In this document: positions 26,606 through 36,815 of the stretch, piece after piece | How the letters are laid out: every line of letters starts with the position of its first letter | Numbering within the stretch: position 1 is the first letter of the stretch | Assembly (NCBI GenBank): GCA_964512105.1 | Contig: CAZEGI010000002.1 | Span: 15,125-79,124, forward strand | Length of the DNA: 64,000 bases | Direction of reading: 5' to 3' | DNA from: an uncultured archaeon | GTDB lineage: Archaea > Altiarchaeota > Altiarchaeia > IMC4 > CAZEGI01 | Notes under the pieces: generated by a model | What the model saw: only the letters and a program-made list of their open reading frames with translations | What the model was told of the DNA's origin: nothing | Database searches by the model: none | Program-made: the position numbers and the translations under genes

Positions 26606-28335
26606 TAGAACTACTTGCGCTTTTTTTTATGTTTTTTTTGCCAGGCTACCTAATCTTGGGGAACAGATTTAGTGATGATGAGCGTTTTGCACTTAGTTTT
26701 TTATTTTCCGTATTTGTGTACGCTGCCTTTGCATTTTTATTACATCTGTCCAAAATTTTCATTTCATACGCACTCATAGCCCTTCCGATAATCTTGATAA
26801 CCTTCCGCAAAAAACTCACCTTTAATCTATCAAAGACAGCACTGGCAATATTCTTCGCGACACTTTTTGCCGGATTCGTTGTTCAGTCCTTTTCAGAAAC
26901 CCTCAGCGCCGATGGATATGACCATTATCTGTATGCAAGAAGTTTTCTATCTCAACACTGGGCAAGTCATAATTTCATAGACAACTACTGGATACCCGTA
27001 ACCTTTCCACAACCCGCAGATTACCGGCCCCCATTGTACAATCTCACACTCGGTTTCATATTCTCGATTTTCGGAGATTCTCTCGCGTCGGGTAAACTAT
27101 TAAGTGTTTTGATAGTGGCCTTTGTTTCCGTGATTTTATATCTGAACACGAAGGACATGTTTGACGAAAAAACAGCGATATACGCAACGTTGTCCCTCGT
27201 AACTTTAAATTCAGTGATATTGCATTTTTGTTTTGAAACTTTGGTCTATCCCCTTATTTTGTACTCCGGCCTGTGCATCTTCCATGTGTACAGGAAAGGC
27301 ATTCCGTTTTGGAAATATTCCTCGTTGACTTTTGGCTTGGCGTATCTCATACACTCATCGTTAATCATCTTCATGCTCTCGCTCGTCGCCTTCGATTTTT
27401 TCAAGGCTAAAAATCTTTCCGTAATATATCTGAAAAACATACTGCTTCGAAGGGAAGTTGTCTATTCATCGCTCGTGTTCCTGTTCGTGATTTCCCCATG
27501 GTTAGCAAGAAATCTCATGTTTTTTGGTGATCCGCTGTATACATCCTCAAAATACACACCTTTACTTACTGACTGGGAGGAGCACTTTAGTTTAGAAAAA
27601 CCTACCCTCTCCACATACCTCTCTTTCATAACGTCCCCCCGTAATTTTATTTCAACCAAACTTGGAAGCATACTAAAATCAACCGCCCCGACGATATACT
27701 CCATGACTTTTAACAAATGGGATTTATTTGCATGGGCAGACCCGGTAGCGTTGAAATACACCTTGGCTGGGATCTTAACCTATCCGCTCCTGCTGGTGTG
27801 TGTATACGTGCTTTTCAAAAATCGTGGTGAAAAGATACCCTCCGTCTTCTGGCTAAGTTTGTTCCTTTCGCTTATACTGTGGGGCTTCAGATGCTCATTT
27901 GCGTGGTCATCACTGCTAACGCCGACAATACTGCTAGGAACTCTTGGTATCTACAAAATAAGGTCTAGGGGTTATGTGATTGCTTTGATACTAATCGTAT
28001 CCATTCTCCAGTTAATTGCACTCATCGCTATACAGTCCGATAAGAGAATCGATGATAATTTCTACGGTTGGATTGTTGAAAATACCGATACGAATGATAT
28101 ACTGATGTCCCGGGATGCAGTATCAATAACCTACTTCACCAATCGGAAGACAATGACTACCCCCTATGCCGACACGGATGACATCATAGAAATAATTCGT
28201 AAATACGACGTTAGTTACCTCATGGTCAGCAAGAACGATTTAATCAGGCGTGACCTAAACTTCACTAAGTTGGACAGTGCTTTCAAATTGGAAAAGAAGG
28301 ATAAAGACTACAGCATATACAAAACCAGAACATGA
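26602..28335 (+). CDS. GT-C-like membrane glycosyltransferase
   Basis: SADGYDHY, YRPPLY, SPWLARN; multi-TM with a soluble C-terminal domain. Confidence 0.75.
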   Translation: MIELLALFFMFFLPGYLILGNRFSDDERFALSFLFSVFVYAAFAFLLHLSKIFISYALIALPIILITFRKKLTFNLSKTALAIFFATLFAGFVVQSFSETLSADGYDHYLYARSFLSQHWASHNFIDNYWIPVTFPQPADYRPPLYNLTLGFIFSIFGDSLASGKLLSVLIVAFVSVILYLNTKDMFDEKTAIYATLSLVTLNSVILHFCFETLVYPLILYSGLCIFHVYRKGIPFWKYSSLTFGLAYLIHSSLIIFMLSLVAFDFFKAKNLSVIYLKNILLRREVVYSSLVFLFVISPWLARNLMFFGDPLYTSSKYTPLLTDWEEHFSLEKPTLSTYLSFITSPRNFISTKLGSILKSTAPTIYSMTFNKWDLFAWADPVALKYTLAGILTYPLLLVCVYVLFKNRGEKIPSVFWLSLFLSLILWGFRCSFAWSSLLTPTILLGTLGIYKIRSRGYVIALILIVSILQLIALIAIQSDKRIDDNFYGWIVENTDTNDILMSRDAVSITYFTNRKTMTTPYADTDDIIEIIRKYDVSYLMVSKNDLIRRDLNFTKLDSAFKLEKKDKDYSIYKTRT

Positions 28336-28359
28336 GGTATGATGTTTGGTACGTGGACG

Positions 28360-29859
28360 CTACACTCTTCTGTAAATCCACTCCGTCTCGAGGTTTTTGA
28401 ATCTGAATACCTTTACCAACTCATAATTCTCCACCACCCTAACCCTGTCCGGGTTTTGAATCCTGTTGGTCAAATCAAGAACCACGAATTCACTATCATT
28501 GATGTCATCCGGATATCTCTTTCCGGTATGAAGCTCTTCAACATCTTTGTAAACGTCGTTAAAGAAGTACACGCTGTCCAACTCCTTCAGGTAAGCCGAG
28601 AGTTCCGTATCGTGTTGCCCCCACAAAACCCCCGGACCAGAGATGCCTACGCCATACTCGTAACCATAGAGTAGGTAATTCGGATGGAAATCGTAGAGTA
28701 CAGAAGTAGTGTGTATCAATACTAACAGCAGTACAAGACTCACGATTCTCTTGTACCCCACATTCAGTATCCCATAGGCCGCCACAACGTAAATGAAGGG
28801 CAATACCGGTGTGATGTATCTGTCATACTTTACTGACTGTAGCGATAATAAGACCAACGGGATAACGATAAGGAACAACAGAATCTTGTCCACACTCCTA
28901 ACCAGCGCAATTAGAATTCCAAAAATTAGAACCAACGACAGCCAAATGGGATTTTTCACGAACAGGATGAACAGGTAATACCAACACGGAAGACTGTTGT
29001 AGTAGTCACCCATGAAGTATACTCCATTTTCCGTTATAGACGAAAATCCAACCATCGAGTAACCTACGTTGTAGGCCCATACCCTCGCAATTACGGGTAT
29101 CCGAACATCCGATTTTGCTATTTCCTGGATTACTAACGGGAGATGCTTCACCGTTGTCCCCGTGTACGTCAATTGAGTGGTGTGAATGACGGCACCGATG
29201 TTTGGGATTATATAAAAAACCAACATCAGCGTGAGCGATTCCCACAGGCCTCCGCTAAAAAAAGGTTTTCTGAATCCAACTTTAAACTCTCCGATGTAAA
29301 TCTTGTACAAAACAAATGCGATGATGAATGACAAAGCCGTGTGCTTTGCTGCAAGTGCCAATCCGAGGCACATCCATGTCAACCTTCCCCTTTTTGTAAC
29401 AAAAAAATATGCTGCCAACACCACCAGAAACGTCAGCAAGGAATCCTGATTTCCAATCCTGGAATACGTCACGTGCATCATCGATGTTGCCAAAAAAGCC
29501 GCAGACAACAAGGCGATTTTTTCATTGTAAACCCGTCTTGCAAAAAAGAAAACCAGGACTATAGTCGCTATTCCGAAAATGGCCGGCATAATTCTTGCGG
29601 AACTCTCGCTCAATCCGAATACCTTCAGTATGGGGTATTGTATGTAAAAATTCAAGTAGGGTTGGACTATCTGCGGGAGTTCATTACTCGGCATTCTCAC
29701 AAGAAGTAAATCCCTACTCAGCGTTAATGCGAACCGGGAATATCCGAGTTCATCAACCGAAAACAACGGTCGGTCAAGCTCGTACAGCCTAAAAAAACCG
29801 CCAACCAACAACACGATTGCAAACAACAACCATAACCTAAAATCCTTGACCGGCATCAT
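28360..29859 (-). CDS. GT-C (PMT/ArnT-like) glycosyltransferase
   Basis: RLYEL...DE, SARIMPAIFG, DRYITP. Confidence 0.82.
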   Translation of the reverse strand: MMPVKDFRLWLLFAIVLLVGGFFRLYELDRPLFSVDELGYSRFALTLSRDLLLVRMPSNELPQIVQPYLNFYIQYPILKVFGLSESSARIMPAIFGIATIVLVFFFARRVYNEKIALLSAAFLATSMMHVTYSRIGNQDSLLTFLVVLAAYFFVTKRGRLTWMCLGLALAAKHTALSFIIAFVLYKIYIGEFKVGFRKPFFSGGLWESLTLMLVFYIIPNIGAVIHTTQLTYTGTTVKHLPLVIQEIAKSDVRIPVIARVWAYNVGYSMVGFSSITENGVYFMGDYYNSLPCWYYLFILFVKNPIWLSLVLIFGILIALVRSVDKILLFLIVIPLVLLSLQSVKYDRYITPVLPFIYVVAAYGILNVGYKRIVSLVLLLVLIHTTSVLYDFHPNYLLYGYEYGVGISGPGVLWGQHDTELSAYLKELDSVYFFNDVYKDVEELHTGKRYPDDINDSEFVVLDLTNRIQNPDRVRVVENYELVKVFRFKNLETEWIYRRV

Positions 29860-30521
29860 TAACCATGAACCCTCAATAATACTAACCCATAAATCATCCT
29901 TACTATCGATTTAACCGAAATTTTGGAGTGTCCGTATCTCCTTGGATTGTGGGAAACCGGGACCTCTACGTATGCATAACCTTTCCTTCGCGCTCTCCAT
30001 ACAAGCTCTAGGTCCATTAACCATCCATTAGCTCGTGTTTCAATTTTTGTGACATCCCTCCTAAAACCCTTCAAACTGCAGAGTGCGTCGGTTATCCTCA
30101 TTCCAAGCAAAATCCGAACCATGTTGTTAAAAACTTTGCTCAGAATCTTTCTTAAAATCGGGTCGTTTCTGTCTACCCTAAAACCACATACGACATCAAA
30201 CGCTTTAAGTTTTTCATAGAGTTTTGGTATATCCTCGGGATTCATTTGTCCGTCGCTGTCAATCATCACTATCGCATCGCCCGTTGCGTATCCAAAACCG
30301 TCAATCAGCGCACGGCCCTTACCTAGATTAATCTCATGCGTTAATACACGTATGTCTTTATACCCGTCCAACACCCTCTTTGTGCCATCGATAGAACCAT
30401 CGTCTATCACAACAACTTCTGTTTTACACCCCAGGTCTCTTGCGACATTCAGAACACTGTCTACGACCTCACCTATGGTCTTCTCTTCATTGTAAACCGG
30501 TATAATCACGCTCAAGTCCAC
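29859..30521 (-). CDS. DPM1-like GT2 glycosyltransferase
   Basis: IPVYNEE, DDGSID, DSDGQ; GTG start. Confidence 0.9.
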   Translation of the reverse strand: MDLSVIIPVYNEEKTIGEVVDSVLNVARDLGCKTEVVVIDDGSIDGTKRVLDGYKDIRVLTHEINLGKGRALIDGFGYATGDAIVMIDSDGQMNPEDIPKLYEKLKAFDVVCGFRVDRNDPILRKILSKVFNNMVRILLGMRITDALCSLKGFRRDVTKIETRANGWLMDLELVWRARRKGYAYVEVPVSHNPRRYGHSKISVKSIVRMIYGLVLLRVHG

Positions 30522-30538
30522 GTTTCCAGTGGTTATAA

Positions 30539-32335
30539 CTATGCGACCTTAAATATAATGGCAAAGACCTTTCCGTTGATGGTAAACGTTTTCGCAGGTG
30601 TAATGTGTTTTGAGAACGCATCACTCCATGGTTGTGTCAAATCGTCCTTAGCAGGGAACACGGCGAGCATGTCGTACTTTGGATTTTCTGGGCTGTACGC
30701 CGGATTCAAATAGGCATTCACTTTTTGGAATTTCACACCGTTCTCTGTAAGTTGATGTTCGTATTCCGGGACCGTCATTGGTGGTTCATTTTTCGCGAAA
30801 TACGGCCAATTCACATCCCAGTAAAGGTATGAGATGTTGTACTGTCTAATCAACTCCTCAATCTTATACTCGTTGTCACCATAAAGGACAACAACAGCAT
30901 CTGCAATCCTCTTGTTGATGTCCAGGTATGGACTGAAATGGGTTCTTCTTGACGTTACCACCTTCCTAGCCGTCAAACCGTTCACAAGAAATGAAAGTTC
31001 TTCATGCGATATGAAAACAGCATTTTTGTCGGTATTCCCGTCTATCCATTCCGCTATCTCCGTTATTGCAGGATTTGCTTCACTTCTGGCCATCGTCTCC
31101 CACCTGCCGTAGTACCTTGCGTTCAGGCTGATCATGAGGACCAGCAGCATGAAAATGACAGACAATGCTACTATAATGCTTCCAAATTGCGGTTTCTTAC
31201 CCATCAAAAACGCCACAGCAGATACGAACAACAAGGGAGTAGATGTCCGCATTATCTGCGCAAAAAGGTACGTTGGAATCACAGTGCTACCAATCACCGG
31301 CTCCGTCACAAAATAGTGAAGGCCTCCGACAAATGCCGACAACACCAACACGAATATAAAACATTCGACGTCGTTTTTTCTATTTTTGATTACCACATAC
31401 AAACCTATCAACGTCATAATCGAGATGACAAATTTGAAAATATCTCCGTTCATGAGGGCAGGTACATCCAAAAAACTACCCTCAATCAATGCGATTGCAA
31501 CGTCCGTGCCGTATTTCGAAAAGTCCGGGAGCGTGTACTCGTTGACGGGGTTTGGTATGTGCGCCTTATAAACAAACAGCACTGGCCCAAAAAGCAGCAT
31601 AGAGATGGCAAGACCTATCAGTCCTATGGGGAACAATATAGCGAAATTCTCTTTGACGTCCCGCACTATCTCCTTATCCTCGTCCCTCAAAAGGGATATT
31701 CTCATATCCGATGCGTTTAAATTGACCTTTAGATGCTTTATCACGGACATGTAAGCAAAGAGTACCGCCATCACCACGACCAGAGATGGGAAAGCGGAAA
31801 CATAGGATATCCCTGACAACCCGCAAAATATTCCTGCCACAATTCTGTCCTTAATCTTTTTTGTCCGCATGGCTAAAAACACAAACAGCAATGCCAGTGG
31901 CGTGAGCACATCGCTTGCCAGCCCGGATATGCCCTTTGGTTCAAGAAACATGAGGGACATAAGTAACGCAAATCTGTAGTCCCTAAACAACAGTAACCCG
32001 AACACGTACCATGTAATCACCGATGGTATCGCCATAATCACCGGTAGGTAGTTATAAGACGTGAGCAGATCAATACCGAACACCTTTGCAATAGTTGCGA
32101 TGATGAGATGATGCAACCAACCGAAGTATTCGTATTCCCCACTAACCTGTGGATTCTCCCATGGATATGCACCATTGTAGATATTCAGTGATCTGCCGTA
32201 ATGCCAGTAAACGTCGCCACCGTACATCGGTCCAGGCAACTGTTTGAATTCGGATATTATGTATCCATGGACAAGTACGGAAAAAATCAAGATGGGTAAC
32301 ACATACCTCAGTCCCTTTACCGTTTCTGTGTCCAT
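30539..32335 (-). CDS. Multi-TM membrane protein, probably GT-C fold
   Basis: YGGDVYWH acidic motif after TM1; many TMs and a C-terminal extracellular domain. Confidence 0.65.
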   Translation of the reverse strand: MDTETVKGLRYVLPILIFSVLVHGYIISEFKQLPGPMYGGDVYWHYGRSLNIYNGAYPWENPQVSGEYEYFGWLHHLIIATIAKVFGIDLLTSYNYLPVIMAIPSVITWYVFGLLLFRDYRFALLMSLMFLEPKGISGLASDVLTPLALLFVFLAMRTKKIKDRIVAGIFCGLSGISYVSAFPSLVVVMAVLFAYMSVIKHLKVNLNASDMRISLLRDEDKEIVRDVKENFAILFPIGLIGLAISMLLFGPVLFVYKAHIPNPVNEYTLPDFSKYGTDVAIALIEGSFLDVPALMNGDIFKFVISIMTLIGLYVVIKNRKNDVECFIFVLVLSAFVGGLHYFVTEPVIGSTVIPTYLFAQIMRTSTPLLFVSAVAFLMGKKPQFGSIIVALSVIFMLLVLMISLNARYYGRWETMARSEANPAITEIAEWIDGNTDKNAVFISHEELSFLVNGLTARKVVTSRRTHFSPYLDINKRIADAVVVLYGDNEYKIEELIRQYNISYLYWDVNWPYFAKNEPPMTVPEYEHQLTENGVKFQKVNAYLNPAYSPENPKYDMLAVFPAKDDLTQPWSDAFSKHITPAKTFTINGKVFAIIFKVA

Positions 32336-32340
32336 CTTCT

Positions 32341-33039
32341 TTATCTATTGAACCTGTATTTAAACAAACCAGCATACCTCAAACCCATCCTGAACATGTT
32401 GAACTTCGTCTTGCCGATTTTTCTGTTGGAGTACGTTGTGGCAACCTCTCCTATCCTGAAACCATTCATGTGTGCCTTTATCGAAAATTCCGGCGAAATC
32501 GCAAAATCACCCGCTTCAAGCACGAGTGAATCGAAAGCCTTCTTCCTGAAGGCCCTGAACGCGTTTGTAATATCGTGCGCGGGTATCCCGAAAATCATGC
32601 GCGCCAGAAAGCTGTAACCCGCGCTGAAAAATGCCTTGTCAATTCCCAAGTCGCCGCGCGACCCACCCTCTATGTATCTCGAGCCGAGAACCATGTCGTA
32701 TCCGTCATCGAGTTTTTCAATCATCTTCGGGATCGTTTCCATGTCGTCGGAACGGTCGCCCATTATCCACAGTATGTACTCGCCCTTGGCGTTTTTTGTA
32801 CCCTCCTTCAGCGCAAACCCCATGCCGTTGTTCCCCTTCTTCCTGTGAATGACAGAAACGTTGTCGAATTTTTTCGAGTAGTCGTCAGCAATTTTGCCGG
32901 TGTTGTCAGAACTGTTGTCATCCACAATTACGATTTCGCAGTCCCAACCCTTTCCCTTCTGCAGTTCCAGCAGGTCGTTTACCAACCCTTCAAGATTACC
33001 CTCTTCGTTGTGCGCCGGTATCACAATGCTAAGATTCAT
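32341..33039 (-). CDS. DPM1-like GT2 glycosyltransferase
   Basis: IPAHNEE, DDNSSD, MGDRSD, HDITNAFR; start MNLSIV at 33039. Confidence 0.9.
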   Translation of the reverse strand: MNLSIVIPAHNEEGNLEGLVNDLLELQKGKGWDCEIVIVDDNSSDNTGKIADDYSKKFDNVSVIHRKKGNNGMGFALKEGTKNAKGEYILWIMGDRSDDMETIPKMIEKLDDGYDMVLGSRYIEGGSRGDLGIDKAFFSAGYSFLARMIFGIPAHDITNAFRAFRKKAFDSLVLEAGDFAISPEFSIKAHMNGFRIGEVATTYSNRKIGKTKFNMFRMGLRYAGLFKYRFNR

Positions 33040-33044
33040 CCCAG

Positions 33045-33392
33045 TCAGCTCCCCATACCTATGAAACTCACGCCTATGACGATCAGCAGGATGCCCAGCC
33101 ATTTCCACCAGTTCATTTTCTCCTTAAGAAACTTCACCGAAAACAGACAGGTCCAGATGTAGCTTGTTGCGACCAGCGGGTAAAGAACCGAAAGTTCGCC
33201 ACCCGTGAGTGCGAAAACGAATATTATCGCGGACACACCATAAACTATGACTCCGGCAATGAGCACATAATTTGTCAGCAGCTTCCTTAAGTTCAAAGTT
33301 AATCTTTCACTCCCAAGCTTGAAAAGCAAGGAACCTGTTGCACCGAGCAGGGTTGCGAACACGACCGTTGCCATGGCCCACACTTCGGTCAT
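33045..33392 (-). CDS. Small 4-TM SMR/EamA protein (ArnE/ArnF-like)
   Basis: GELSVLYP, FLKEK...WLGI. Confidence 0.85.
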   Translation of the reverse strand: MTEVWAMATVVFATLLGATGSLLFKLGSERLTLNLRKLLTNYVLIAGVIVYGVSAIIFVFALTGGELSVLYPLVATSYIWTCLFSVKFLKEKMNWWKWLGILLIVIGVSFIGMGS

Positions 33393-33742
33393 TCTCTGCT
33401 ACCCCTCCCTATCGATGCGACCCCCAGAAGTATAAACGCAATCCCAATCCACTTCAGCATGTTCATCGAATCATTGAAGAAGTGCGGCGAGAGCAGACTC
33501 ACCCAGATGTACGTTGCCCCGTATATCGGATACAGAACTGAAAGGTCGCCGTACTTGAGCGCGACAATCAGCATTCCCGCGCCGACACCGTAAAGCACCA
33601 ACCCGAGAATCAGCGGATAATTGAACAGCAGTGAAATCCCGATTGAAAAATCCATGGAGCCGAACTTGAACAGAATCTGCCCGAACGAAACTACAAAGGT
33701 GCTCAGAAAAACCAGCCCGATGGCCCACGGTTTTGTCGCCAT
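33389..33742 (-). CDS. Small 4-TM SMR/EamA protein (ArnE/ArnF-like), paralog of its neighbour
   Basis: GQILFKFG, GDLSVLYP; start MATKP at 33742. Confidence 0.85.
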   Translation of the reverse strand: MATKPWAIGLVFLSTFVVSFGQILFKFGSMDFSIGISLLFNYPLILGLVLYGVGAGMLIVALKYGDLSVLYPIYGATYIWVSLLSPHFFNDSMNMLKWIGIAFILLGVASIGRGSRE

Positions 33743-33743
33743 T

Positions 33744-34751
33744 TTATTTGAAGAGTTTCCTGTTCTGGTTCGTCCACTCGACGATTTTTTTGACTCCCTC
33801 TTTTGCACTTACCTTAGGCTTCCAACCAACCTCTTTCCGTATCTTGCTTATGTCCGAGATGTAAACCTTCTGGTCGCCCATCCTCCAGTCGGCTTTCGTG
33901 TATTCTGCCCTTTTACCCGTCAGTTCCTCGATTGTGTCCAACAATTCGAATAATGAAATCGTATTCTCCGGACCGCCGCCGAGGTTATAAGCTTTGCCCT
34001 TAGTTTTGTTTATTTTTTTCGCAAGCAGTTCAAACGCTGCGTTTTGGTCCGTTATGTAGAGAACGTCCCTGACCTGCTTCCCGTCGCCGTAGATGGTGAT
34101 TTTCTTGTCCAGTAAAGTAGCAATGGTAAACCACGCAACCCATCCCTGGTCCTCGTTGCCGAACTGTCTCGTGCCGTAGATGCACGACATGCGCGGCTTA
34201 ACTACCGGAATCCCAAAAGAGTGGAAATACGTGTCAAGAATAAATTCCGCAACTATCTTTGACCCGCCGTACGGGCAGTTTGTTTCCAGAGGGTATGACT
34301 CATCAATCCCTGTGATGTCACGATACTCGTAACGCTGTTTTTTTTCAATAACCGGCAGAGTTAAATCACCGTAAACCTTGTTCGTTGAGCAGAAAATTAT
34401 CGGCGCATTGGACTTTGATTTTCTTAATGCTTCGCAGAGATTGAAGGTTCCATCCGCATTCGTTTCGTAGTCCAACCGCGGGTTTTGCAGTGACGTCGTG
34501 ACAGCAACCTGCGCTGCGCAGTGATAAACGAGGTCAACATCATTCATAAGATTATCAAAAATCCTGGGATTGCTAATGTCGCCTTTAATGAACCTTATTT
34601 TTTTATAATTTTTTTTCAGGTAATCAATGTTGTACTCTGTTCTGCTCAAATTATCAATGACAACAACCTCTCTACCTTGCTTCAGAGAATTTTCAGCCAA
34701 GTGGGAGCCAATAAAACCTGCTCCACCGGTTATCAAAACACGATCGAACAT
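33744..34751 (-). CDS. NAD-dependent sugar epimerase, CDP-paratose/tyvelose 2-epimerase-like
   Basis: TGGAGFIG, AAQVAVTTS, STNKVYG, SCIYGTRQFGNEDQGWVAWF. Confidence 0.9.
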   Translation of the reverse strand: MFDRVLITGGAGFIGSHLAENSLKQGREVVVIDNLSRTEYNIDYLKKNYKKIRFIKGDISNPRIFDNLMNDVDLVYHCAAQVAVTTSLQNPRLDYETNADGTFNLCEALRKSKSNAPIIFCSTNKVYGDLTLPVIEKKQRYEYRDITGIDESYPLETNCPYGGSKIVAEFILDTYFHSFGIPVVKPRMSCIYGTRQFGNEDQGWVAWFTIATLLDKKITIYGDGKQVRDVLYITDQNAAFELLAKKINKTKGKAYNLGGGPENTISLFELLDTIEELTGKRAEYTKADWRMGDQKVYISDISKIRKEVGWKPKVSAKEGVKKIVEWTNQNRKLFK

Positions 34752-34752
34752 T

Positions 34753-35436
34753 TTACAAATGCCTCAGCTCATACGCGTAAAGACTAATTAAATGTGACAG
34801 GTAATTTAAATACTCTTTCGCATTCAGCTTGCTTCTGCCGCTCGTTCTGTCCACAAAGGTATATGGAACCTCAACAACCTTTCTGTAATCCCCCTTGACC
34901 AGAATGTCCAGACCTATCTTGAATCCTCTAGGGTTTAATTTTTTGTTTTTGATGACATCCCTTCTCAAAAAAAAGAACCCAGACACGGAATCCCTGACGC
35001 CGGTCAAAGGTCTTGCGAGAATTATCGCAGCCATGGACGTGATTTTCCTCAGGAGCGGCCATTTTTTGATTCCGCCTTCCTTCACGTACCTGCTTCCAAA
35101 AACAACGTCCGCCTCGCCGTTTTCAATCACCCCCAGCATCTTGGGTATGAGTTCCGGCGGGTGACTAAGGTCAGCATCCATGACACCAATAATCTTCGTA
35201 TCGCAAGCGCCAAAACCATCAATGACCGCAGACGACAAACCCAATTTTCCTTTTCGATGTATGACCTTTATATTATACTCTCTACTCAACTGCTCGGCGA
35301 TTTTTCCAGTACCATCAGAAGAATCGTCATCAACTATGACAACGCGGATGTCCGGCACCGCTCGGAATATCCTGCCGATAAGCTCCTCAAGATTCCTGGC
35401 TTCGTTGTAGGTTGGTATGACAACAGTCGCATTCAT
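34753..35436 (-). CDS. Polyprenol-phosphate mannosyltransferase (DPM1-like GT2)
   Basis: IPTYNE, GLSSAVIDG, MDADLSHPP, GSRY. Confidence 0.92.
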   Translation of the reverse strand: MNATVVIPTYNEARNLEELIGRIFRAVPDIRVVIVDDDSSDGTGKIAEQLSREYNIKVIHRKGKLGLSSAVIDGFGACDTKIIGVMDADLSHPPELIPKMLGVIENGEADVVFGSRYVKEGGIKKWPLLRKITSMAAIILARPLTGVRDSVSGFFFLRRDVIKNKKLNPRGFKIGLDILVKGDYRKVVEVPYTFVDRTSGRSKLNAKEYLNYLSHLISLYAYELRHL

Positions 35437-35462
35437 ATTTATTTATCACAATAATTATAGAA

Positions 35463-36815
35463 ATGGAAACGAAAAAACACCTGTTTTTTTTATGTGCCGT
35501 GCCTTTTCTGGCGTATTTAGTGCTGATGCTCCTGTACGACAGCATCCTCCTCTTTGACGAGGTGCATTACCTCTGGGGCGGCGAAAACATCATGAACGGA
35601 AATCTTCCAGATGCGTTTTATCCGCACCGCCCGGTTCACCAGTACACCATCGCGGTGATCTACAAAATTTTCGGAATCAGCGAAACCGCCGTGCGGTTGT
35701 ACGTCCTGCTCGCTTCGGTCGCGACTGTTGTCCTCATGTACCTGCTGCTGAAGCTGAGGCACGATGCGGAAAAATCGTTTCTCGTTTCGATGCTCTTCGC
35801 GAGCACCATAGTTTTCGTGAGTTTGAGTCCGACCATTATGACAGACAACCTCATGGTTTTTTACTACGTGCTCGCGATGTACGCCTACATGCGGTTTCTG
35901 GACTCGAATGATTTCCGGAAACTGGTTTTTTCTGGTTTTATTTTCGGCGTATGCTTCCTCACGCGGGAAACCGGCATATTCCTAGTTTTACCTGTTCTCA
36001 TGCACCTTCTCCTGAAAAAAAACCGCATCACGGTGGTGCTGTTCGTTGTTGCCTTCTCCATCCTGCCGGTTGTTTACACAATCTTCACGTTCTCAAACAA
36101 CCAGGAGTTTCCATGGCTGGTTTTTTACAGGCTTAACCAGGCTTCCGGACTCGGGTTCACGCTGCCCTACCGGATTTTTGTTTTCATGAAACTGATGTTG
36201 ATGTCTCTCGGAATCACAGCTGTTCCGGCGTTGTATGCAATCTACAAGGAGTTCAGAAATCCGAAGCGCATGGATAACGTCACTGCGATTTTCGCATCCC
36301 AGTTTTTGCTCCTCGCTGCAACCATCTTCCTCTGGTCCGAAGACGTAAGGCCGAGGTTTTTTGTCGCACTTCTACCCGGGTTGTGTTACCTCATTACGAA
36401 TTCAAAACTTCCCGGAATGTTTGCAAAATTTGAAAAGAAGATTTTCATGCTGCTCATTGCAGTGAACTTTATTGTCGGCATTCCTGTTTCTTACATCTAC
36501 CTCACGCCGCACGGGGTTGTGAATGATGCCCTCCAATGGATTTACCAGAACATCCCGAAAGACGCAAAGATACTTTCTTACGACCACAGGGCGACGTACT
36601 TCCTGAGGCACGAGGGTTACACGGTTTATGAAAATCCTGCGCCCGGTATCCGGTACGTTCTCGGCTCGTCGCTAAATCAGGAGGAAGACCGGTTCCCAGA
36701 AATAAAGAAAACGAAGGTAAAATCCTTCAGCAGGACATTCCCACTGGGCTTCATAGCGCACAAAACTGAAATGACCCAGTTCTATTTTACCGTGTACCGG
36801 GTTGATGTGGTCTAA
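35463..36815 (+). CDS. GT-C (PMT/ArnT-like) membrane glycosyltransferase
   Basis: FDEVHY, HRP, IFGISETAVR, LTRETG. Confidence 0.8.
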   Translation: METKKHLFFLCAVPFLAYLVLMLLYDSILLFDEVHYLWGGENIMNGNLPDAFYPHRPVHQYTIAVIYKIFGISETAVRLYVLLASVATVVLMYLLLKLRHDAEKSFLVSMLFASTIVFVSLSPTIMTDNLMVFYYVLAMYAYMRFLDSNDFRKLVFSGFIFGVCFLTRETGIFLVLPVLMHLLLKKNRITVVLFVVAFSILPVVYTIFTFSNNQEFPWLVFYRLNQASGLGFTLPYRIFVFMKLMLMSLGITAVPALYAIYKEFRNPKRMDNVTAIFASQFLLLAATIFLWSEDVRPRFFVALLPGLCYLITNSKLPGMFAKFEKKIFMLLIAVNFIVGIPVSYIYLTPHGVVNDALQWIYQNIPKDAKILSYDHRATYFLRHEGYTVYENPAPGIRYVLGSSLNQEEDRFPEIKKTKVKSFSRTFPLGFIAHKTEMTQFYFTVYRVDVV

